A stretch of DNA of 64,000 nucleotides, taken from assembly GCF_902652985.1 (NCBI RefSeq), contig NC_047032.1, forward strand, positions 28,024,001-28,088,000. Direction: 5' to 3'. The notes beneath the pieces were generated by a model. It worked only from the letters and a program-made list of their open reading frames with translations. It was not told the DNA's origin and made no database searches. Both the position numbers and the translations under genes were made by a program. This DNA is from Pecten maximus (Eukaryota). Below are positions 50,292-61,272 of this stretch, piece after piece. Numbering within the stretch: position 1 is the stretch's first letter; each line of letters opens with the position of its first letter.

Positions 50292-51567
50292 AAGGAATTG
50301 TTTATGGTGGTTTCTGTGACAAAAGGCGGCTACATTGGGGTCTTGCAAGTTGATGAAGACCAAGAACGTTTCATGGTGAACATCATGATGTCATTTGGAA
50401 ATGTTAAGGATAGCAGGACAGCCGATTGGGGCTTGGGGGCGGAGAATGAGGAAACCTGTGTTCAAATACACATTTTGCGCTGATTTAAATCCGATCGCCC
50501 CCCCCCCCCCCCCCTTTTTTTAAGTTACAATTACGGTTTCATTGGCGACAGATGTGACATATAATGCACAATTCTTGTTTTAAATAACTTAAAAAATTCC
50601 ACAGACTGCACTGGGATTATTGTAATTTGCATTTTAATTTATTTATTCTTTTACCACATGATTAAGTAAACATGTACATTCAATATAAACAATGCTAACA
50701 AAAAGCTTTGAATCAAAATCAATTAATTCATTCCCTGTCAAGTTTTCATCCGGATGAAAGACTGGTTGGTACAAGTACTGGATGGACACTTCACAGATAT
50801 ATTCATAGACTGAGATGAAAGTAATATGTCATCACGATCATACAATTTAATACTGAGGAATGTGAACATAATTAGTGATAAACCTGAGTAAAACACAGTA
50901 TACTAACCTACAAAGGTCTGATTTTAAATTACACAACTTTCTATCATATGTAAACTAACTAGATGTTTATAGTATTTGTGTACTTTTATAATCAGGCTGT
51001 ATAGATTTCAATAGTAGGTGTTAGTTGCTTTTGACTTTATCACATAAGGGGAGATAACTTTTCACAAAGATAACTTCACTCTAAGAACTATCACTCTGGG
51101 GGAGACAACGGGATTGATACACACTATAGCAAGGACTACAGATTATACAATGTTCCACATTACAAAATCATCTTTTCTCTCAACTATGCATTACATTCAT
51201 AATTCAAAATCAAAATAAGATACACTCAAACATAAGTCTTAAGACAGTGGCAGTATGATACATGATTATCAAGGCATAAGTTTACTGGCTCAACATATTA
51301 CAGTCATTATATACCACTTAGAAGGCTCATTTGTTAAAATATGAATGCATCTCTTTATTTCTTTTACATTTGACATTTGAAATATTTTATCTGTAATCTT
51401 AAACAATTTCAAGTGTTGAACGCATTCCAAAACATTTTCACTTCGAAAATTTGAAAAGATATAACATAAAAATCTGCACATTTCAATGTATTACTATTGT
51501 TATCACACAGTGGTATTTGCTTTTGAGTCAGTTCCTCATCAGCATTGCATAATGTATTTTTCATATC

Positions 51568-52218
51568 AGATATCCCAAAGGGATCTTGGCACCCACCATT
51601 GTTCTGAGACAGACTGATCTTCTCTCTATTATTTCCTTCTTTCTTATTTCTTTTTTTCCTCTTAACAATCTAATAACATGAACAAGGGGAACCTACACAT
51701 GAAGTTTGAGACACATCCCTCCAGTACTCCAAGCAAAATTAAATTGGCACAACTAGGGACCAAGGGGATCATACACATGCATGAAGAAGGAATATCCCTC
51801 CAGTGCTTTTCAAAAATAGCTATAACAAATTTTAATTCTCAAAATCTAAAATGGCCCCCTGTAGGCCATTTTAGTTTTCTGATCAAAAATTGACTGGATC
51901 GGCACAACCAGGGACTAAGGGGAACCTACATCTGAAGTTTGAGGAATATCCTTCCAGTATTTTTCAAGAACTTCAATTCTCAAAATCCAAGATGGCTGCC
52001 TGATAAAAAATCTAAATTTGATTGGCACAACTAGGGACCAAGGGGAACCTACACAATACTAATGAAGTTTGAGGAATATCCCTGCAGTTCTTTTCAAGAA
52101 ATAGTGATACCAAGGATTGCTTGCGGACAAACAGATGGACGACTGACGGATCACGGATCACAGACGTAGGGCAATTTGAATAGCCCACCATCGGATGATA
52201 CTATGATAGTGGGCTAAC
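51568..52218 (+). mobile_element. Older degenerate copy of the same HINE family
   Basis: ATCCCAAAGGGATCTTGGCACCCACCATT start, three diverged internal repeats, GACG tract and TAGCCCACCATC...GTGGGCTA end. Confidence 0.75.
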
Positions 52219-52498
52219 AAAATGTAGCAGTCCTTATCATGAGTTTCCAAATGTGGCTGTCATAACTAGTTTACCTCTCAACATCATAAATAAATCAAAA
52301 GTGCTTTCACTTGTAATTATGACTATAACCTCATCAAAAATGGTCTTAAAATTGCCACAACATAATTATACTATTAGCTCAGGATATTAATAATATTAGG
52401 CAATGCTATTGTAATAATAATTGGTCCCTGCCAGCTCTGTATCACTTATATATCACAGTGGCTTGTACAGGGACTCTGTAAGTCTATTTGCTGCTATA

Positions 52499-55400
52499 TC
52501 AACTCCGTGACTTTCCTAGCATTACTTGATAGTGTCTTCTTTCCTTCCCTGTTGGAAGAATAAATAAGTTATGATATAATAATGCATGTTTCTTATAAAG
52601 AACCTAATGAGATTTCAAACAAATAATAAATACATCATTGTGTGTCCAGGCATTCCCTTGATAAAACACTATCTTATACTGTATTAACTGTGTAATGAGG
52701 GACCAACACATTAATTATGTAAAAGGCTGACTGCAAGATTGTAAAATACCATTTGTTAATCATTTAAGACAAAGTAGAAATATTCTTGTACCTAAACAAC
52801 TATTCTGGATTTTACATAGAATTACATCTTTTGTTTTTCAAATTCTCATAATCACACATTTAAATCAAATGCTTATTAAGTCTTATACATACTCAACCTA
52901 TCTATGTAATTCCCATTTGATACCTGAATAAGTTAGTATCTGTTTTACTGAATAATGTTTATCTAAAACTCTTACCAGTTTCTACAAACATTTACCTGTA
53001 TAAATTCACCTGAGCACTTTATCAGGTACAGATGTACTACCATTTAAAACTGTATTAAGAGAAATTTCGCCAGGTACCATCCGTTCACCAGAATTTACTA
53101 CCAGTCTAAGATTCTATCCATTTACCAAATTTCCAGGTATTACACATTTATCTAAATGACGCATTTCACATTAACGTCTTCACCTGAATTTTTCAGAAAT
53201 ATCCTGAATTCCTAATTTAACAAAGTTTACCTGTGTATACCTGGTACTTACCCCATAAGAACTTGTTCAGGCCTTCCCCTACCAGGTAAATACTAACAAA
53301 TAGAGCGATAAGTACTGCAATGAAGATGACTCTTTCATGTGGTGCCATAATTTGAAGAACTGGATACACCCATATGTTAGCATGGTAGGCTACCCATAGT
53401 ATCCTAGAGGAAAAAAAGAAAAGCAAACAATTAGATAAAAAATTCAGGTATTGATCAGTTTAACACTATTAACAAATTATGTGTAAATTTTATTTTTTTC
53501 AGGAAATATATATTTTTTCAAGATTTTACTAAAGTGTAAATCTAGCAGCGTATATTGTACATTGCGAATTGAGATGTTAATATAACATAGAACAGGACAA
53601 AGTACTTATTGTAACAGGCACCGTTCCATGTCCCCAATAACCTTGAACCCTCAGTCTTCAATAAATATGAATAACTTAGTTGGACTGACTGGTTGGAAGA
53701 CCAATCAAAAATAAAAATACTCTAGCCCACTGCCAGTCACACATGAACATTCATGTAAAGTTCATTGAATTCTACCTAAGACAGTTTTCAAGAAATAAGC
53801 TAGAAACTGTATTGGCTGAAGACAGTGGAACAAATAATTCTTTCTATAATACTTGGTTTGTTTTGGTTTGTTTTTGTTTAACGTCCTATTAACAGCCAGG
53901 GTCATTTAAGGACGTGCCAGGTTTTGGAGGCGGAGGAAAGCCGGAGTACCCGGAGAAAAACCACCGGCCTACAGTGAGTCAGTACCTGGCAACTGCCCCA
54001 CGTAGGTTTCGAACTCGCAACCCAGAGGTGGAGGGCTAGTGTTAAAGTGTCGGGACACATTAACCACTCGGCCACCGCGGCCCCCTTCTATAATACTTAC
54101 AATAAACAAGACATCAAATTCAAATAATGACAGAAATCATGAAATGGACTCGATTGACGATTGTCACCTTTAATACCATAGAAAACTTAACCTGATTGTT
54201 GTCTATTAAGGTGAATCAGCCTATCTCTGATTTTACATCAAAGTTGATACATTGACTCCCCTTGGATAACAACAGATCAAATAAAATTATGGTATCTTAC
54301 TCACCACACAAGATATGAACAAGCAAAACTCATGAGGATTTTCAGCCCTCTCATGCGTGTGGGGAAATGGTGGTAGACAATATACATGTCTACTAACAGG
54401 AACGGCAATATTGTGGTGTGCTGGAAAAAAAAAGAGAAAAAAAGACATTGTTGATAGAAGTCAGCAGGACCACAATGTTAACCTCTAACCCCAAATGAGT
54501 AAACATTGCAATATGTATTTATTTACTTAGTAGTGAGCAGGACCACAATGTTAACCTCTACCCCCAAATGAGTAAACATTGTAATATGTATTTATTTACT
54601 TAGTAGTGAGCAGGACCACAATGTTAACCTCTAACCCCAAATGAGTAAACATTGTAATATGTATTTATTTACTTAGTAGTGAGCAGGACCACAATGTTAA
54701 CCTCTACCCCCAAATTAGTAAACATTGTAATATGTATTTATTTACTTAGTAGTGAGCAGGACCACAATGTTAACCTCTACCCCCAAATTAGTAAACATTG
54801 TAATATGTATTTATTTACTTAGTAGTGAGCAGGACCACAATGTTAACCTCTACCCCCAAATAAGTAAACATTGTAATATGTATTTATTTACTTAGTAGTG
54901 AGCAGGACCACAATGTTAACCTCTACCCCCAAATGAGTAAACATTGTAATATGTATTTATTTACTTAGTAACTTTTAATATTTTTTTTAAGCGGTAAGTC
55001 TGACATTCAATCCTTTAACATTGATTGGTGAAACAAATTGTATAAAAACATTAAAAAGTACAGACATCACACATCTGTATTATATGTCTCTGATCTGTAC
55101 CAGCTTATACTGTACTCAGAAAAACTGATGAGATGGAACAACCATACTATACGGTTCCAGGAAATTAATTTATTTGTGTGTACAGTAGTATCCAAGTGAA
55201 TTAATATAGAAATTTTATAAGAAATATAGAAATTTAGATAAATGTAAAATTAGATACTTACCATAACATGATTCAGCCAAGATGGAATAAATTTGTCAAG
55301 TTTTTTAGGATAAACTAATTCTCTGTCTACAAAGTATATCCCCCAGAAGGTACAAACTACAAACTGAAACATGAAAAAGCATAGGGTTTAAGGAAACAGA

Positions 55401-58400
55401 CCATAACAAAAAATTACAAAAAAAACAAGAGATCCCAGAGGGATCTTGGCGCCCACCATTGAATGATCTTTATAGGTTCCATGTCAGATTGATCTTTTCT
55501 CTACTTTTCCCTTCCTCTAATTCTTACTAATCTGTGTATTTTCATAAACAGCCCTCTATAGCTAGTACATTTCAAACAAGGGGAACCTATATATAAAATT
55601 AAGATTTAGCGATAATGGCTGTCTGTCGGCCATGTTGTTTTTCGGATTGGTCCCAATATGCATACCGTAAATATTCGGGTATAGTACGCACTTGCGTATA
55701 GTGCGCAGGTACGTTTTTGAGGTTCGTTTTCAAAAAAAAAAAAAAATGAACAATTTTTTTTTTCAATATTCAACTGAGCGGTAGATGAATTCTAAAGCAT
55801 ATGATGATAGGAATTTGTAACGTATGAAAGCTTATTTACCACATTTAATTGGAATCACTGATCAGATTTGACACATTGGATTGACAGGTTGTTTACATTA
55901 TACCGCGACAGGCCTAGTCAGCTTGCAAATTGTAGCGGTCCCATCTCCGCTGTTGTACAAACAAAATAATTAATCCTACCCTCAATTACCTTGTGATTTT
56001 CATGCAGGTATGATCTCTTGTGGTATCTGTCCACGAACATACAAAGCTAATTAAGCTCAATTATAACACGATTGACTAGTAAGCTGACTGCTACGTAATG
56101 TAACACAGGCCGCCATTTTGTATACAGTACGGAAACAAGTCTGCTGTCGTCGTGGTGGTCACAACTTTTATATCAATGAATTAACATGTGTAATGGATAA
56201 ATCTACAGTGCAGACGATAAATAAGAGTACCCCGGTAGTTTTCACAGTCAGATCGTATTTTATATGGCCAGTGACTGCCGCACAAGATCAAGGCATTAGT
56301 GTTACCCTTGCCTAATTGCGCATGCGTGCTGTTACAGCTTCCATAAATAAACAAGTTGAACGTTATCAGTTTCTGGCAGTACTCTGTTATTAATTTAGAA
56401 GTATGAAATAACGAAGTACTGCTATATCATTTCAAGTTTTGTTTGATGTTAATTGAGATGTTATACATCGTTTTGGACCTGAATACGAGAACATGCTCAA
56501 GTGAGATCGTATGTGTACGGAACGTGTGGCTCACGATCGACTTAAATATCCACGTAATTGCTGATAAATACACAATTTCAAGGAATTAAACATCAAGATA
56601 ACTATTCATTTCTTTGATTATTTGTTAACTATTACTTTCTTAATGCTTTATATATGTTATATATATATATAAGTATTAAATCAATCCTGCTTCGGAAGGA
56701 AACGATCGCAAATCTCCGTCAAATCACATTCATTCTGACTGGGGAAAAGGCTTGTACTTGCGTATAGTGCGCAGAGGTCTTTTTCACTTGTCAATTTTTG
56801 AAAAAAAGTGCGCACTATACGCGAATATTTACGGTAACTAGGCACTGAGGGAAACCTACATATGAAATTTGAGAAAGATCCCTTCAGTACTTTCTGAGAA
56901 ATAGCGATAACAAACTTCAATTGTCAAAATCCAAGATGGCTGCCTGTCGGCCATGTTGTTTTCAGATTGGTCTCAAAATGCAATATGCATAACTAGGCAC
57001 CAAGGGGAACCTACATATGAAATTTGAGAAAGATCCCTTCAGTACTTTCTGAGGAATAGCGATAACAAACTTCAATTGTCAATATCCAAGATGGCTGCCT
57101 GTCGGCCATGTTGTTTTCCGATTGGTCTCAAAATGCAATGCATAACCAGGCACCAAGGGGAACCTACATATGAAATTTGAGAAAGATCCCGTCGGTACTT
57201 TCTGAGAAATAGTAATAACAAACTTCAATTGTCAAAATCCAAGATGGCTGCCTGTCGGCCATGTTGTTTTCCGATTGGTCTCAAAATGCAATATGCATAA
57301 CTAGGCACCAAGTGGAACCTACATATGAAATTTGAGAAAGATCCCTTCAGTACTTTCTGACAAACTTCAATTGCCAAAATCCAAGATGGCTGCCTGTCGG
57401 CCATGTTGTTTTCCGATTGGTCCCAAAATGCAATATGCATAACTAGGCACCAAGGGGAACCTACATATGAAATTTGAGAAAGATCCCTTCAGTACTTTCT
57501 GAGGATTAGCGATAACAAGAATTGTTTACGGACGGACGGACCACGGACCACGGACGCAGGGCGATTTGAATAGCCCACCATCTGATGATGGTGGGCTAAA
57601 AATGTAGATGTTTTAAGAAATATATGAAAAATCTTCGTATAATTTCTTTTGATATATAGATTTGATTTTAAATTTCCAAATCTTTGAAATAACTCATACA
57701 CCTGTATCTTTTTTTTATTCTAAATTAATCTGCCTTGTCTACAAGCAACTTACCATTCCTACTGGAAACACAACACTAGACAAAAGGACATCCCTCCATC
57801 TTTGCAATCTAGATGGATGAAAGCGTTTGGACTGTGAAGGTCGACTATTGGATCCAAAAATGTCATTGACTAAACAAAATCCAAAGTAGAATGTCTGAAG
57901 TAACTGTAAAAAGGAAAACATGTTTAAAATAGAGGCAAACAATTGAAGGGCTTGGGTGTATTCTTCAGGTAAACATGCATAGAGATTAAAGAGAGCTTTA
58001 ATGCCAGTCTGTACTAACAATATAAACTTTATTTATTTACGACAGTAGCAAAACGAGTTATATCAACTTAGATTAATCAGTCTTGTTGGCTCGGATAGAA
58101 AAGCGTAAGCAGTCTTAATGTAGGGGGAAACTGAATTACCCAGACAATACCTTTTCGCATCCAATCTGGGAATCAAACCATTGCTACCAAAGTGAAAGGA
58201 AAATGTGTTACCACTGAACCACCTGACCACCACGTACACAATATACCAGTCTGTATTGTTTAAGAGAAATACTTGCTAAATGGTATAATTATATAAATCA
58301 ATTACTAAGAGGGATCTAAGTAGGAGTCTATGTTAAATTCTTTTATTGTGATTTTTAAGCATCCAGTCAGGTAGAGAAATCTGCTGGAGAATATATGTAT

Positions 58401-59777
58401 TAGGCTAAAAGAAACAAAATGTATGCATGTACATTGTATATCTTGTAAAGAGGTAGTCAACTGGGCAAAGCTACATTGGAGCATTATATGTAACAATACA
58501 TTGCTGCAATAACTTAGCTCTAGACACAGTATGGATGATTTCTGACAGATGGTTGTTGATCGATATGGCTACCAATAGCCTGGTACAGTAACCTGCCAGA
58601 GAGTATAGGCAGGGTATGAATATTCCTATATAGAGATTACAGTGCGTCTTTGGTGTTTCTACAGGCCTTATATTGCCCGTCTATAGATTTGCCTAATTGT
58701 CAAGTAAAATTACTGTGAGAATTGGAATCATTCAGCAACATACAGCACTCTCACAACATATAGGCTAGTGAAAAATGATATCTGGATGACCTGCTAGGGA
58801 TCGACACTAACAGTAGCCCCCGACAGCCCTGGGCTGCCTGTAATCTGGTCTGGCTGCCAGAATGTCCAGACCAGCAGCCATGGGCTGCCAACATTTTCAG
58901 TCAAATGTATTATGTCCAGCTAAAGTTTTCTTCATTTACAAGTGTACTTCAATCATTTTATTTTCAAAACTTTTTTCATGAAACTCTTTGATGTACATAT
59001 TGTAAGATTTAATATTTTTATGCTCAGAATGAACTAGAATGCAGGAAACCGCATCTAGAATATTCAATTCTTCCCTCAGTGTTGGGGTTAGGTGCTAGAG
59101 GGATAATGCCGCCAAATCCCCCAAGAGGGGCATCACCTTTGGCAGGTTAGCTATATATATACACTGTAGGTTGCCTCATTCCAAAACCTGGCAGTCTGTC
59201 AAGGTAAAGTTAGTGTCAACGCCTGCCTGCAGATACAATTAAAAAGGGCTAACGGATTTTTTTAATCACTGTGTGGACCCTTATTGAATGTCAGTATTGA
59301 AGTCTCCGTTTTGATAGAGAATGTCCTGGTACATATTTTCAAATGATGAAATAGCCAACTGAGCAATACAGGCCCTCTGTGCCTCTACAGTAGATTTTCC
59401 TACACCACTCAACATGAAAAATAATTTCTTTTTAATACAACTAAAACAGCAGGAATTATCTTATACTTTGTATGTTTTTCTCTCCTTTTTTGCTTTGCGA
59501 AATTTGCACTCATATCAGAATGTAACACCCTATTACTACAGTAAATGCCTGCTGATCACGTTGATTGTACTTTGATCTCTTCAGACAGTTCAGTCATGTC
59601 AACCCATGATCTACTTACGAAAAGCCAAAAAGTAAGAAATTTGAATTTCCCTCCGTATCCCCGGTAGGTAAACATGCCGGTTCCTGGATCATCCTTAACA
59701 TTTAAAAGGTTGTAAGTTAAAGAATACGCTAGAAATATGAAAACAAGCAAGTGGTAAAAAGCCGGTAAGACAGACAT
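52499..59777 (-). CDS. AIG1: Androgen-induced gene 1 / ADTRP (FAR-17a/AIG1 family) membrane Thr-His hydrolase; 6 exons, 242 aa
   Basis: Exons 59777-59619, 57903-57754, 55363-55262, 54420-54305, 53403-53252, 52548-52499 splice in frame. Family motifs: [10 protein letters not shown] (catalytic Thr), [22 protein letters not shown] (catalytic His), WVYPVL. Confidence 0.92.
53855..54085 (-). mobile_element. tRNA-derived SINE with V-domain-like core and 13-bp TSD, in AIG1 intron 4
   Basis: Minus strand shows box A GGTGGCCGAGTGGTT, box B GAGTTCGAAAC, core TTTCTCCGGGTACTCCGGCTTTCCTCC and an (AAAC) tail. TSD TTCTATAATACTT at 53842-53854 and 54086-54098. Confidence 0.9.
54463..54970. repeat. 73-bp minisatellite x7 in AIG1 intron 3
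   Basis: Unit starts GCAGGACCACAATGTTAACCTCTA, at 54464, 54537 and onward. Confidence 0.95.
55424..57600 (+). mobile_element. HINE / pearl-type (Helentron-associated) non-autonomous element with about 155-bp internal tandem repeats, in AIG1 intron 2
   Basis: 5' hairpin GATCCCAGAGGGATC plus subterminal GCCCACCAT; about 155-bp repeats (56836-57510); GACG/ACCACGG microsatellite; 3' palindrome TAGCCCACCATC-TGAT-GATGGTGGGCTA. Confidence 0.8.
55665..56834. mobile_element. Tc2/pogo-like MITE (CCGTA termini, TA TSD) nested in the HINE
   Basis: TIR CCGTAAATATTCGGGTATAGTACGCAC versus reverse-complemented end CCGTAAATATTCGCGTATAGTGCGCAC. Removing the element restores the host repeat ATATGCATAACTAGGCAC. 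Confidence 0.88.
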
Positions 59778-59788
59778 CGTTGTTGTAA

Positions 59789-59797
59789 ACCGGAAGT
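59789..59797. promoter_or_regulatory. ETS-type motif ACCGGAAGT just upstream of the AIG1 start codon
   Basis: Exact ETS consensus about 12 nt from the ATG. Function is not demonstrated. Confidence 0.35.
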
Positions 59798-61190
59798 AAA
59801 TATATATTGTAAATTTAGACCCAGGCATGATCATTTTTTTCCGACTGAATTTGAATCAAAGTACTGAAAGTAGATAGGGTATACGTAAACGTATTGATAA
59901 AAAAATACCAGGGCATACACAGCACATTGGAGAAAATGCTTAATATAAACCATATTTGACGCAAAACTTCAATAACTTTATAACAAAAATTGTTTCAAAA
60001 ACTTAATCAGTGTCCGTGGAAATTATTCAGGTTTTTACTAATCCAAAAATGGAAAAAGATTGGACTAGCATTTTTGGAGAAAATGGTTCACAATGAGGAT
60101 TGGTAGTATATTTCGATAATATTTTTTATCAACTACGAACACTAAGCGGACATGACATAAAAGCATTTATTATTTATGCAAAATTTGAACCAAAATCATT
60201 CGCTACAAAAAACTGAATCACTGCATGCAAATGGAATTTATTCAGCTTTTATAGATTCAAAAATCGAAACGATTGGACGAGAAGTTTTGGAGAACAGTGG
60301 TTCACAATAAGGTAGTGTTGTTAGCTCGATGTCATCTCGCTACGCCGTTACTAACAGATAGAGACACATAGTTATGAATCCAGAAACTTTAATACTGCAC
60401 CTTAATTAGCTTATGAAGATTCTACATAGCATGCAATTAACGGAATAGATAATTTATTTTTATTAACATTCCAGAATGATTATCATCACTAAATTATCTT
60501 ACATATCGTATTGACACGTGACAAACAGCCGTTTTTCAGTATATGAATGTATGGTTTCATGTTTTGAGAAAAAAACAAAGCTCAAGTCTGCTTTAATATC
60601 ATACAATCATAATTTGAATGGGATTCAGAAACAGGTATTACTGTAAACTTATATTAATACGTCTCCTTTTTATGACGCATTAAGTAAACGGCGACAAATG
60701 GGAGAATAGATAAGTGAGCAATGTAATGTAATACTCCTATGGATGAAAAATGAGAAAATTGAGAAAAGAGGAGAGATGAAAAGATTAGAAGAAATAAGAT
60801 GAATTTTGTCTATGACATGACATTAGATATACAAACTGCTGTTACAGCTGTGTAATGGACAAGAAAACAGAATCATTCAAATATTTTAGAACGTTTTATA
60901 AAATCCTGAACACTGGGGGGAAAAATCAAAAAACATTTTCGTCATTTGTGAGTTCGTTATCATCGAAGAGTAGTATCTCAGTGGATAAGGGATAGTTTAG
61001 AGCACTAAAACAACGTAAGCGAAACTGCAAAAAGCGGACAACGCTATATAAACTGTTCAAAATTGGTCTCATCTTCTTGATTACACGTGCATAGAGGACT
61101 ATCTATAAGATTTCTATGAAATAGATAAAAAATAAGTGGACTGCACTCCATCCTCAGTCTGTAGCATGATCAATCTTATACCCAGTCATC

Positions 61191-61272
61191 TACCGCTAAG
61201 GAAATAAGGTGGGACTTTGTGGCGTGATTCATACCGCTAAGGAAATAAGATGGGACTTTGTGGCGTGATTCA
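61191..61272. repeat. 41-bp tandem duplication at the 3' junction of the second LINE
   Basis: TACCGCTAAGGAAATAAGRTGGGACTTTGTGGCGTGATTCA twice. Confidence 0.85.

Noticed and set aside
45926-50483. Many long overlapping Cys/Pro-rich ORFs (up to 543 aa)
   Set aside because: They result from a 23-bp unit that is stop-free in all plus frames. There is no unique coding sequence or splice support.
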